Assembly (NCBI GenBank): GCA_028701415.1
Contig: JAQVQU010000001.1
Span: 1,905-65,904, forward strand
Source of the DNA: Clostridia bacterium
Lineage (GTDB): Bacteria > Bacillota > Clostridia > Christensenellales > DTU072
DNA length: 64,000 nt
Direction of reading: 5' to 3'
Part shown: one piece after another, positions 30,444-39,951 of the stretch
Layout of the letters: each line of letters opens with the position of its first letter
How positions within the stretch are numbered: the first letter of the stretch is position 1
Made by a program: the position numbers and the translations under genes
The notes under the pieces: generated by a model
Seen by the model: only the letters and a program-made list of their open reading frames with translations
Told to the model about the DNA's origin: nothing
Databases searched by the model: none

Positions 30444-30581
30444 GTCCTCCTTGATGCAGAGAGGACAGCCGAAATAAGATATAAATCTTGCAACGGACGC
30501 GATATGTTACCGCAGGAATTTCCCTTTCGTTCGTGAACGACATCCCATTTCACGACACTTAACGCAACACATCTACTCTGC
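30444..30581 (-). promoter_or_regulatory. THF (tetrahydrofolate) riboswitch with an SD-sequestering hairpin
   Basis: The minus-strand RNA reads GCAGAGUAGAUGUGUUGCGUUAAGUGUCGUGAAAUGGGAUGUCGUUCACGAACGAAAGGGAAAUUCCUGCGGUAACAUAUCGCGUCCGUUGC. This matches the conserved THF-I core as I recall it (AGAGUAG…GCGUUAAGUG…GGGAUGUCG…ACGAA…GCGUCCG). Downstream, GUCCUC/GAGGAC (plus coordinates 30461-30466 / 30444-30449) pairs across the GGAGG SD. Confidence 0.85.
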
Positions 30582-30587
30582 AATTTT

Positions 30588-30616
30588 ATTATATCATTCA
30601 AATTTTCAAATCACAA
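30588..30616 (-). promoter_or_regulatory. promoter of the THF riboswitch-folT unit
   Basis: On the minus strand: TTGTGA (30616-30611), 17-nt spacer, TATAAT (30593-30588) preceded by TGa. The predicted start is near 30581, the first G of the riboswitch. Confidence 0.6.
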
Positions 30617-30684
30617 CGAAATCACTAACACTTTTTTGCTTGCTTTCGTGCGTATGTTTATATGTATAAATATATAGCATTTTG

Positions 30685-30713
30685 TTGTATTTGAAAGGTT
30701 ATTGTGGTAATAT
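30685..30713 (+). promoter_or_regulatory. candidate promoter of the 1581-aa surface protein gene
   Basis: TTGTAT (30685-30690), 17-nt spacer, TAATAT (30708-30713) preceded by TGg. Confidence 0.4.
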
Positions 30714-30767
30714 CTTAATGTTTTTAGACTTGTAACTAAAAAGTTCTAATGACTATTAACTTGTTTT

Positions 30768-33700
30768 ATGGTGGTAATGATGAAAAATAAGAGATACCTT
30801 TTTATACTCCTCGCTTCTTTATTAGCGTTTTGTTTAATGTTTTTAGCTGCTTGTCAACCTCCAGATATTCCTTCAGATGAAGATCCGGAGATTCCGGATG
30901 AGACTGTTGTTTCAGATGGATTGCTTGTTTCAAACGGTTACTTTTCAAATATTGGAAGTACTAATTCTTCAACGAAGTATTTAAAAAGTTCTGTCCCAGG
31001 ATGGACCGCGGTAAACGGCGCCAAAGAAATCAATGCTACCGGAATAGTTATGGGTGTTATTGATCTTGAGATTAACAAGTTTCATGAAAATAAGACTTCT
31101 TTGATAAGTGACTTTAATGATTATCCCGGTTTAGGTATTTCTACAAAATATGACGAAGAAAAAGCTGATTGGGAGGATACTAATGCACTTGTTATTGGCA
31201 TCCCAAGTACCTTGGATAAAGGGTCAATTTATTTTACTTCAGGAGAAATAACCGTAGAAAAAGACAACTACTATGTTTTGAATATTGATGTATACACCGA
31301 CTTAGTCAAAGAACTTGCGGATACAAAATCAGGAGCGGCAATTTGTTTAACGGATGGGGTTTTTTCAGAATACATTTCAATTGACACTGAGAAGACTTGG
31401 AAAAAATACAATTTTTATATAAAGGGCAACGGTTATGAGGATAGAAAATTTAAAATTCAATTGTGGCTCGGGCATGGTCCTGAGAACAACGGAACCACCC
31501 CTAATCCATATTTAGCTTCAGGAGTAGTGCTATATGATAATGTCCTTTTGAATAAAATTGAGGAAACCGAGTACAATGACATAGCTACCGATATTGATAT
31601 TCAAGAGACTGTGTATACAAGTGTGGGAGGTGTTTCAAACATTAGCACCAGATTAGACTTAGCATACCCCGATCCTGCAATGATGCAATATTCCCCTTAC
31701 GATGCGACTAGCAAGTATTCTGGCAGTACAATGTATTATTATTCTGCAAAAAAAGGAACTACGCCTAATTATAATTTTATAGTTGGTGGTAATGATTTAA
31801 CATCTGTTGACCGCGAAAATTTCCCCGTTTACACAACGACAAAGACGGATACTTTCCCTGTAGGTGTTTTTGACATGTCGAAATTATATTCTTTTGTTAA
31901 TGATACTCCAACTAACACTTATGGAACAATTTACACGTCTTCTGGAGGATTTAAATCTCCTCCTTATGATGATTTTTATAAAAAGGTCGGGAATGAATGG
32001 ATTTTTTCTTTAGCAGGAAGTAACGGTTCGACAGGAAGGGGGGAAAATTCTAGTTATGATACCAATGCTTTATTGGTATATCATCCTAACTATGCAATAA
32101 GCGGGGCAGGATATAAGAGCAAAAGTAAACTTCAAATAGAAAAGAACACATACTACAAACTTTCAGTTTGGGTATATGTTTGGGTCCCTGAGATGACGGA
32201 GCCAGCTCAATTGACTGGAGATGATTTATCCGATCCTGTGAAAGTTGCTGCTTATGAAGAAAAGAAAGCAGAATATGATAAGTATTATGAATATTATAAT
32301 AAGGATAGAGATGTTGCTGCCACATTTAGAGTTTCTGGGGCTTCTGTTTCTCAAGATTCAAGCTTAGAAGTTAAATCTACTGGGTGGGGAAGCTGGCAGG
32401 AATTAACCATAAAAATAAAAGGTAATGAATTATCTGAAAGACAACTGAATTTTGAACTCTGGTATGGAGAGGGAAAGTGGGATAGCGATACTCTTTATCC
32501 GGGAGCATGCTTATTCGATGATATCAGAATATCTGAATATAACGATGAGACTATAGTTGATGCAGGGGAAGACCCGAATGAATATTATCAACTATCGATT
32601 CTTCAAACAGGTGACTTTAAGTATTTTGGCTTAATAGACAATAGTCCTGTATCTCAAAATGTATTTACTACTCTGGAAGAAACGAATACCCTTTGGTCTC
32701 ATGAACTCGTAGATCAAAGGACCAGTTCATCCTCTTATTCAGCAGGAATTTTAGGAGGACTAAGTGGATTTATTGATTTTACTGATCCAAGTTCAATAAC
32801 CGTTGAAGGTTTGGAAGGGTTAACTGAGGGGCCAAAAACAATTAGTATTAAATACAATAACGTTTTGACTCCCCATGATGTTTTTATGATTAACCATATT
32901 CAACCTACTGCATCAAGCGCAAAGTTTGTTATAGAAGAGGATGATATTTTGGAGGAATCTAATTTACAATCCTTACTTCTCGTAAATCCTAATAGCTTCT
33001 ATCGTTTATCTATGTGGGTTAAGAGTGCTGGAATTACTAAAGGAAAAGGCGCGACAGTATCTGTTTATGCGGGTTCAAGCACTTCTGCTACCGCGCAGTA
33101 TACTGGAATTAATAGTGATGAATGGATAGAATTAGTTCTTTATGTTCAAGGACGTTCAGTTACTTCTGAAAGGCTTAATGTAGGGGTTACTTTAGGGTCT
33201 GGAGATATTTTTACGCCAGATAGTCATTTAAATGGTGCATTTTTTATGACAGCTATGACTTGGCAAAAAATTACTTATGAAGAGCATAAAAATGCGGATA
33301 CGACACAAACAAATGTTAAAAAACAGACTTTAAGTGAGACCAGTGGGGGAACCACTTCGGGGATAACCAATGGTTTCTTTAATAACATAGAAACTTCGAA
33401 TTACGATAATTTAGACTTATTCGATGAAGATGGAAATTTGGTTGGAACTGCGACTCCATCGAGTTGGAATAAAACTGAAGCTAAAACATCTTTAACGAAA
33501 CCTGCACTTAAATTATCTGACAATCATTCGAAACTTACCTGGGATTCAGTAGATAAAGCCACCTATTACTATATTTTTATGAACAAGTATCTAGACGGGG
33601 ACAAAACAATTGACAATGTCATGGTTGGACGGGTTGCTGCCCCAACAACAGAGTACCCCATTTCATACAATGGGTCCTACTACATTAGAGCACTTGGAGG

Positions 33701-35513
33701 GACTTTATCGCAAGACAAGATGTTCTCTGCCTCTTCATCAGTTGTAACTGCAACAAAAATTGAAGGAGGAACCAAGCCTGAAAAGTACGATGATACAGAT
33801 AAGGATATTTTTAACATAAAAATGGGCGTTGTAAACTATTTGTATTATGAGGATTTTGACGTCGCCCAAAAGAATGATATGTATGGAGATCCTTCCCAAG
33901 GTTACTTCAAGAGTACTTCAAGTAATAATCTGCTATTGATAAGTTCAGAATTAGACACTTATACGGGGTATACAATGTCTAGTTCCCATACAGTATACAA
34001 AAACAAATATTATGTGATTTCCGTTTGGGTGAGAACATTAAATGGGGCAAAAGCCTCTATTACACTTAAGAATCCTTCCTCCGCACTTGCCTTAAAGGAA
34101 TATTCCGACAGTAATTTTGACGTAAATGGAGAGTACATTGGATTCGTCAATATTGATACAGATGGAGAATGGATACAATACAGAATGTTGATTAATTCTA
34201 CTTTAGCTGATGGAAGAATCTCAATAGAACTCTTTTTAGGAAATCAATATGCAGAGGAGATAGCCTCAGGAGAAGGAGAGGATGATATTAACTATTCACA
34301 AGGCCTTTCTAGAGGAACAGTATTATTTGATGATATTAATATTAAAGAATTGACCACAGAAGAAGCATATAACCTTGAGGCATATGGACAAACAAGCCCA
34401 AATGAAGTATCTGAGTCCGAATGGCTCCAAGAGAACAAAACAGATGTACCATATACTCTTTTGGAAAATAGTGATTATATTGGCTTACTTTACAAGAATA
34501 AATATATCTTCAAGATTATGGACTTCACTGTAGACTCATTTGATAATTATACTGATGCTACCGATGATTTTATTGGACATGTTCCTGGGGCATATAATCA
34601 TAAAGATGCACAGGATGCAGTGGCCTATACAACTCCCACCGAAGATGCGGTTCCGTCCATGCTATATGGCGTGTACAGCGATAGACAGCTTACAGAAAAG
34701 GTATATGAATATCTTTATGAAAGTGGTTTTGAGGAGGAGGAAATTGATTCTTTCTTGACTTCTGGAACTAATGGCAATGGTCGTTATTTCTTAATGTTAG
34801 CGAATGTTGAGGATAATGGTCAGTATTATGAGCAGAAAACTGGATTTGAAGCAGAAGCAGGGGCATATTATGAGATTAAATTTTGGGCTAAGCTCCTCGC
34901 TGAAGAGGGTAATAATGCCGAATTTAGATTTATATATGGGAATGATACAACTAAATGGTCAACACTTAACATTGAAGGTAATTTAATGACCGAGTATAAG
35001 TTTTATGTATTTAATGAAGATACTGAAAGCGCCGTTTCTAGCAATAAGATCTCTTTCCATCTAGGCACAAATGATGGTCTAGTTGGTGGAAATGATACGA
35101 AAAACTTTTTCAAAGGGATTCTTATCGTTGATGATATTAGCATAATAAAAATGCCTGCTGGAGAAACAACTGAAACCGCTTATGCGCAGATTGAAACAGA
35201 AAGGAAATATACTTTTGCAGCAACAGAAGAGGAGCCAATACCAGTGGACCCCGATCCTGAGGAAGAAACAGAAAAACCAAAAGTTGATCCCCAAATTTGG
35301 CTTTTAATTGCATCAATCGTGATAGGCGCAATGCTTCTTGTGACGATAATAGTTTTAATAGTAAGAAGGATTGGTAAGAGAATGAGCAAAAACAAGAAAG
35401 TTGTTATACAAAGTAAGGTTCCTGCTTCTGGTCTATCTATAAAGAAATCTGGAACAAAAGATAAGGGCAGAAAGGAGCTTCAAAATAGTGATCTAGATAA
35501 GTTTAATGATTAA
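30768..35513 (+). CDS. giant surface protein: N-terminal lipoprotein signal, about five CBM-like beta-sandwich modules, one Fn3-like module, C-terminal TM anchor
   Basis: 1581-aa ORF; the start is ambiguous among ATGs at 30768/30777/30780. Signal peptide with lipobox LAAC. A module signature recurs (YYVLNIDVYT, YYKLSVWVYVW, FYRLSMWVKS, YYVISVWVRT, YYEIKFWAKL). C-terminal acidic linker, TM helix (IWLLIASIVIGAMLLVTIIVLIV) and basic tail. Confidence 0.7.
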   Translation: MVVMMKNKRYLFILLASLLAFCLMFLAACQPPDIPSDEDPEIPDETVVSDGLLVSNGYFSNIGSTNSSTKYLKSSVPGWTAVNGAKEINATGIVMGVIDLEINKFHENKTSLISDFNDYPGLGISTKYDEEKADWEDTNALVIGIPSTLDKGSIYFTSGEITVEKDNYYVLNIDVYTDLVKELADTKSGAAICLTDGVFSEYISIDTEKTWKKYNFYIKGNGYEDRKFKIQLWLGHGPENNGTTPNPYLASGVVLYDNVLLNKIEETEYNDIATDIDIQETVYTSVGGVSNISTRLDLAYPDPAMMQYSPYDATSKYSGSTMYYYSAKKGTTPNYNFIVGGNDLTSVDRENFPVYTTTKTDTFPVGVFDMSKLYSFVNDTPTNTYGTIYTSSGGFKSPPYDDFYKKVGNEWIFSLAGSNGSTGRGENSSYDTNALLVYHPNYAISGAGYKSKSKLQIEKNTYYKLSVWVYVWVPEMTEPAQLTGDDLSDPVKVAAYEEKKAEYDKYYEYYNKDRDVAATFRVSGASVSQDSSLEVKSTGWGSWQELTIKIKGNELSERQLNFELWYGEGKWDSDTLYPGACLFDDIRISEYNDETIVDAGEDPNEYYQLSILQTGDFKYFGLIDNSPVSQNVFTTLEETNTLWSHELVDQRTSSSSYSAGILGGLSGFIDFTDPSSITVEGLEGLTEGPKTISIKYNNVLTPHDVFMINHIQPTASSAKFVIEEDDILEESNLQSLLLVNPNSFYRLSMWVKSAGITKGKGATVSVYAGSSTSATAQYTGINSDEWIELVLYVQGRSVTSERLNVGVTLGSGDIFTPDSHLNGAFFMTAMTWQKITYEEHKNADTTQTNVKKQTLSETSGGTTSGITNGFFNNIETSNYDNLDLFDEDGNLVGTATPSSWNKTEAKTSLTKPALKLSDNHSKLTWDSVDKATYYYIFMNKYLDGDKTIDNVMVGRVAAPTTEYPISYNGSYYIRALGGTLSQDKMFSASSSVVTATKIEGGTKPEKYDDTDKDIFNIKMGVVNYLYYEDFDVAQKNDMYGDPSQGYFKSTSSNNLLLISSELDTYTGYTMSSSHTVYKNKYYVISVWVRTLNGAKASITLKNPSSALALKEYSDSNFDVNGEYIGFVNIDTDGEWIQYRMLINSTLADGRISIELFLGNQYAEEIASGEGEDDINYSQGLSRGTVLFDDINIKELTTEEAYNLEAYGQTSPNEVSESEWLQENKTDVPYTLLENSDYIGLLYKNKYIFKIMDFTVDSFDNYTDATDDFIGHVPGAYNHKDAQDAVAYTTPTEDAVPSMLYGVYSDRQLTEKVYEYLYESGFEEEEIDSFLTSGTNGNGRYFLMLANVEDNGQYYEQKTGFEAEAGAYYEIKFWAKLLAEEGNNAEFRFIYGNDTTKWSTLNIEGNLMTEYKFYVFNEDTESAVSSNKISFHLGTNDGLVGGNDTKNFFKGILIVDDISIIKMPAGETTETAYAQIETERKYTFAATEEEPIPVDPDPEEETEKPKVDPQIWLLIASIVIGAMLLVTIIVLIVRRIGKRMSKNKKVVIQSKVPASGLSIKKSGTKDKGRKELQNSDLDKFND

Positions 35514-35520
35514 AAGAAAG

Positions 35521-35546
35521 ATGGGCAGAGATGCCCATTTTTTTTA
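35521..35546 (+). terminator. rho-independent terminator
   Basis: ATGGGCA (35521-35527), loop GAGA, TGCCCAT (35532-35538), then T8. Confidence 0.85.
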
Positions 35547-35566
35547 CTATTTGCAATCTTGTACTA

Positions 35567-35595
35567 TTTACTTATTTTATTAAGTGTTATATAAT
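35567..35595 (+). promoter_or_regulatory. candidate promoter of the rnf operon
   Basis: TTTACT (35567-35572), 17-nt spacer, TATAAT (35590-35595). Confidence 0.5.
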
Positions 35596-35628
35596 CAATG
35601 GAGTATATTTTACTTAAGGGAGGGTGTT

Positions 35629-36927
35629 ATGCAATTGACGTTTAAACACGGCATTCACCCAAATGATAATAAAGAATTTTCTAAAGACTTTTTCTTTGAA
35701 ATTATGCCTGTCGGTGAAAGAGTTTATATTCCACTCTCTCAACATATAGGAAAACCAGCATTGCCAGTTGTTCAAAAAGATGATTATGTAAAGGTTGGTT
35801 CTCTTATCGGAGAAGCCCAAGGTTTTATTTCCGCACGGATTCATAGTTCGATATCTGGAAAAGTGAGTGGGATTATTAATAGACCCAATTCTAATGGGGT
35901 AATGACCCCACATATAGTTATCGAGAACGATTTTTTGTATAATGAGGATTTTTTATCTCCGCTCTTAGATTTTGAACAAAATTCTATAATTAATCGAGTT
36001 AAGGAATGTGGCATAGTAGGGTTAGGAGGAGCTACTTTTCCTACCCATGTGAAGCTGATGCCAAAGAACAAAATTAAGGCATTAATAATTAACGGATGTG
36101 AATGTGAGCCATATATCACAACTGATTATAGATTAATGCTTGAAAAACCTTCAGAAATAATGGAAGGGATTGAATTCGTTAGAAAAGCTCTGGGCGTGAA
36201 TTTGTCTTACATAGGTATAGAAGGAAACAAAAAGGATGCAATATATAGTTTGGCACAATTCTCAGAGACAGAAGTTCATCTTTTTAAGCAGTTAAAAACA
36301 AAGTACCCACAAGGAGGGGAAAAACAACTGATATATTCCATAACAAAAGAAATAGTCCCAAAAGGTGGTTTACCTTCGGATATAGGTTATGTTGTCTTAA
36401 ACATATCTACTGTTTATGCAATATATGAGGCTGTTAAGTTGGGAAAACCTTGTTTTTCTCGTTATATGACTGTCTCGGGGTCAGGGATTAGAAGACCCGC
36501 AAATTTATTTGTTAGAAATGGAATCCCCATTTCCGAAATAGTTGACTATTTAGGTGAAGAACAGGGGGTTGTAAAGGTGGTTCTTGGAGGCCCGATGATG
36601 GGCGTTTCCTTGCACAGTTATAGTCCAGTTACTACAAAAGGCAGTTCTTCTTTGCTGTTATTGAAAGAAAAGGAGATTAGAGAAATAGAACCCACACCAT
36701 GTATTAATTGTGGGCGCTGTGCTTCAGTATGCCCCATGAATTTATTACCAATGATGACAGATAAATTAATATTAAAAGGCAATACAAGCGAAGCAAATAA
36801 ATACTATCCCATGAGTTGTATAGAATGTGGATGTTGTGCATATGTCTGTCCCGCAAGGCGTCCTTTAGTACAATCCCAAAGACTTGCAAAAAAACTTGTT
36901 AATAAGAATAAAATAATCCCGGCATAG
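35629..36927 (+). CDS. rnfC: Rnf complex subunit C
   Basis: The ATG at 35629 follows GGGAGGG. RnfC sequence (…GIVGLGGATFPTHVK…) with two CxxCxxCxxxCP ferredoxin motifs (CINCGRCASVCP, CIECGCCAYVCP). Confidence 0.92.
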   Translation: MQLTFKHGIHPNDNKEFSKDFFFEIMPVGERVYIPLSQHIGKPALPVVQKDDYVKVGSLIGEAQGFISARIHSSISGKVSGIINRPNSNGVMTPHIVIENDFLYNEDFLSPLLDFEQNSIINRVKECGIVGLGGATFPTHVKLMPKNKIKALIINGCECEPYITTDYRLMLEKPSEIMEGIEFVRKALGVNLSYIGIEGNKKDAIYSLAQFSETEVHLFKQLKTKYPQGGEKQLIYSITKEIVPKGGLPSDIGYVVLNISTVYAIYEAVKLGKPCFSRYMTVSGSGIRRPANLFVRNGIPISEIVDYLGEEQGVVKVVLGGPMMGVSLHSYSPVTTKGSSSLLLLKEKEIREIEPTPCINCGRCASVCPMNLLPMMTDKLILKGNTSEANKYYPMSCIECGCCAYVCPARRPLVQSQRLAKKLVNKNKIIPA

Positions 36928-36940
36928 TTTGAGGAATAAA

Positions 36941-37957
36941 ATGAAGTCAAAGTTTTTAGTATCTTCTTCTCCACATATAGGAAATTACCTTACTACAAAG
37001 AGAATTATGATTCATGTTATAATTGCTCTTTGTATTCCACTTGTGGCCTCCACAGTAATTTTTGGGTTGTATAGCCTATTTATTGTGTTTTTGGCAGTAG
37101 TATCTGCAGTATTTGGGGAATGGTTATTCAATATTGCGACTAAAAAAAATAGTACAATAGGCGATTTTTCTGCCGTTGTTACCGGTATGATTCTCGGAAT
37201 GAATCTTCCTCCTTCAGTTCCTTTTTATTTTCCTATAGTAGGAGGTATCTTTGCTACAATGCTAGTTAAAATGCTTTTTGGTGGAATTGGGCAAAATTTT
37301 GCAAATCCTGCTGCTACTGCAAGAATATTTTTGACTCTTTCATGGACAGGCCAAATGACTAAATTTATGGCTCCTTTAACCTATTCAAATGGTATTTCCG
37401 ACTTTTTTGCTGGTTTTACAAAACTGTATGTGACGACCGCAACTCCTTTAGCTGAAATTAAAGGGACAGCACTTACTGGAATGGTTGATTTAGATTTACT
37501 TGACTTATTTTTAGGGAGAATAGGAGGAAGTATAGGCGAAGTAAGTGCAATCGCAATATTACTTGCAGCTTTATATCTTATAGTTTTTAAAATAATTGAT
37601 TGGAGAATTCCATTGGTCTATGTTCTTACAATCGCAATTCTTGCCTTGATTTTCTACGAAAATGGATATCGATATATTTTACCATCGATATTATCTGGTG
37701 GAGTGTTATTTGCAGGAGTTTTTATGTTTACCGACTATTCTACTTCTCCACACACTCGCCTAGGAGTATGCATTTTCGCTTTTGGGGGCGGTTTGATTAC
37801 AATGCTAATTAGACGTTTTGGAGGATTTAATGAGGGCGCCTGTTTTTCGATATTATTGATGAATCTATTAGTTCCATTTATAGATCGCGCCTTTAAGCCC
37901 AAACCGTTTGGATACAAGAGGGTAAAAGCGGAAAAGAGTGAGGCAAAAAATGGTTGA
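36941..37957 (+). CDS. rnfD: Rnf complex subunit D
   Basis: The ATG at 36941 follows GAGGAA. Polytopic NqrB/RnfD-like sequence (…SSSPH…, …FMFTDYSTSP…). Confidence 0.9.
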   Translation: MKSKFLVSSSPHIGNYLTTKRIMIHVIIALCIPLVASTVIFGLYSLFIVFLAVVSAVFGEWLFNIATKKNSTIGDFSAVVTGMILGMNLPPSVPFYFPIVGGIFATMLVKMLFGGIGQNFANPAATARIFLTLSWTGQMTKFMAPLTYSNGISDFFAGFTKLYVTTATPLAEIKGTALTGMVDLDLLDLFLGRIGGSIGEVSAIAILLAALYLIVFKIIDWRIPLVYVLTIAILALIFYENGYRYILPSILSGGVLFAGVFMFTDYSTSPHTRLGVCIFAFGGGLITMLIRRFGGFNEGACFSILLMNLLVPFIDRAFKPKPFGYKRVKAEKSEAKNG

Positions 37958-38627
37958 TTTGCTTAACGAGAAAAAGGAAAATTTGGTCGAAGAGACTAAT
38001 AACTTTGAGCCTATGAAAGATAATGGGTCTTTGAAACGACACTTTAAAGGTAAAAAAATTAATGAGAGCTTAAAAATTATTATAGTTCTTGGATTAATTG
38101 CAATGGTGGCATCAATAATGTTGGCAGTTGTAAATTTTTATACAAAAATTGATGAAAACCAACAAATTTTAGATGAAATTGGCTCATTATATTCTTCAGA
38201 GATTAGTACAACTGTTGATGTATCCTCAATTTCAAATTATTTAGGAACCGAAATTAAGGCATATTATATTGCCGATGATGGGGCAAATATAATTGTTGCA
38301 AAAGCAAATAAGGGAGATAAAGTCTGCTATAATGCTACTGGAATAACTATAATTGTGATTATAAAAGAAGGGTTAATTGAAAAGGTGGTATCTTTTTCAC
38401 ATTCGGAGACTCCAGGCCTTGGAGAGAGGGCTCTTAGAGAAGAATATTTAAATCAGTATGAAGGTATTAATACTGACTTGATTTTTATTCCAGAAGGTGA
38501 TTTTATTTCTACTCCTGAATTTAATTATTTTAACCCATCAGTAATCACTGGTGCAACTTATTCATCAAACGGAGTTTCCCTTGCAGTTAAGGCTGCAGTA
38601 AAAGCTTATAGATCAAGAGGTAATTAA
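37950..38627 (+). CDS. rnfG: Rnf complex subunit G (FMN-binding)
   Basis: N-terminal TM helix plus an FMN_bind-type motif (…ITGATYSSNGV…). The start is ATG 37950, or in-frame GTG 37938. It overlaps the rnfD end. Confidence 0.85.
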   Translation: MVDLLNEKKENLVEETNNFEPMKDNGSLKRHFKGKKINESLKIIIVLGLIAMVASIMLAVVNFYTKIDENQQILDEIGSLYSSEISTTVDVSSISNYLGTEIKAYYIADDGANIIVAKANKGDKVCYNATGITIIVIIKEGLIEKVVSFSHSETPGLGERALREEYLNQYEGINTDLIFIPEGDFISTPEFNYFNPSVITGATYSSNGVSLAVKAAVKAYRSRGN

Positions 38628-38629
38628 TT

Positions 38630-39352
38630 ATGATCGAAAAGACGGAAAAACTCACATTTAAGGATATAACTTCTCCATTTACCAATGGTATTATAAATAA
38701 TAATGCCACTTTTAGATTGGTACTAGGAACTTGTCCAACTCTTGCTATAACAACTTCAGCTTCTAACGGTATAGGTATGGGGCTATCTGTTTTATTTGTC
38801 TTGGTGTGTGCCAATGCTATAGTTTCTATTCTTAGAAACATTATACCAAGAAAAGTGAGAATACCCGCGTATATACTTATAATTGCGACTTTTTCAACAA
38901 TAGTTGAAATGGTAGTTAGGGCTTTTCTTCCAGATTTGTATGATAAACTTGGTCTTTTTCTCCCATTAATAGTGGTTAATTGTATTCTTTTAGCACGAGT
39001 AGAAAGCTTTGCTTCGTTGAATAGGGTGATTCCCTCTATAATGGATGGAATAGGAATAGGTTTGGGTTTCACTTTCTCGATAACATTGATAGGAATTGTC
39101 AGAGAGTTTTTGGGAGCGGGTTCTTTTTTTGGAATCCCAATTAATTCAATTATTTCAGCTGAATTACCAATGACATTTTTCATCCTTCCCGCTGGAGGTT
39201 TTATGGTTTATGGTTTTTTAATGGTTATATTTAACTCAGTCGTAGATAAAATACAAAAAAGTTTAGAAAATAGAAATCGAGTTAATTTAGGTTCTAGATC
39301 CGTTAATGCTCACATTTCCACGCCCGAAATAGATACACAAGGAGGGAAATAG
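38630..39352 (+). CDS. rnfE: Rnf complex subunit E
   Basis: 240 aa polytopic NqrD/RnfE-like sequence (…LVLGTCPTLA…). Confidence 0.9.
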   Translation: MIEKTEKLTFKDITSPFTNGIINNNATFRLVLGTCPTLAITTSASNGIGMGLSVLFVLVCANAIVSILRNIIPRKVRIPAYILIIATFSTIVEMVVRAFLPDLYDKLGLFLPLIVVNCILLARVESFASLNRVIPSIMDGIGIGLGFTFSITLIGIVREFLGAGSFFGIPINSIISAELPMTFFILPAGGFMVYGFLMVIFNSVVDKIQKSLENRNRVNLGSRSVNAHISTPEIDTQGGK

Positions 39353-39353
39353 T

Positions 39354-39935
39354 ATGCCTTATTGGTTATATCTGGTAATTGGAGGGATTTTTATTAATAA
39401 TTTTGTTCTTTCAAGATTTTTAGGTATATGTCCTTTCTTGGGCGTGAGCAGAAAAACTGAAACTGCACTGGGAATGGGCTTGGCAGTTATTTTTGTTATG
39501 GGAATGACTAGCATCATAACATTTGGTTTAAATTTACTTCTGAAAGAATTGAACATTCAATACCTTCAAACAATTGTTTTTATTTTAGTTATCGCTGCTT
39601 TAATACAACTTATTGAGATTGTTATCAAGAGATTTGCTCCTTCTTTGTATACTGCGCTCGGAGTATATCTTCCTTTGATTACTACAAATTGTGCAGTATT
39701 AGGCGTCGCTATCATGAATGTTACTGAACTTGCCACACAAAATATATTCACTTCTTTTGTTAACGGTATTAGTTCAGGAATAGGATTCACACTTGCTTTG
39801 TTAATTATGGCGGGTATTAGAGAAAAACTAGAGTATTCAGAAATTCCTGAAAAATTCAAAGGATTTCCCATAACGCTGATTACTGCATCTATTATGGCTA
39901 TGGCGTTTACCGCGTTTGCAGGCCTAAGTTTTTAG
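39354..39935 (+). CDS. rnfA: Rnf complex subunit A
   Basis: 193 aa polytopic NqrE/RnfA-like sequence (…NNFVLSRFLGICPFLGVS…). Confidence 0.9.
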   Translation: MPYWLYLVIGGIFINNFVLSRFLGICPFLGVSRKTETALGMGLAVIFVMGMTSIITFGLNLLLKELNIQYLQTIVFILVIAALIQLIEIVIKRFAPSLYTALGVYLPLITTNCAVLGVAIMNVTELATQNIFTSFVNGISSGIGFTLALLIMAGIREKLEYSEIPEKFKGFPITLITASIMAMAFTAFAGLSF

Positions 39936-39951
39936 GGAAGAAGAGGAAAAA

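Noticed and set aside
38587-39183. 198-aa minus-strand ORF, with a similar case at 39924-40283.
   Set aside because: Both are antisense to the clearly recognisable rnfE and rnfB genes.
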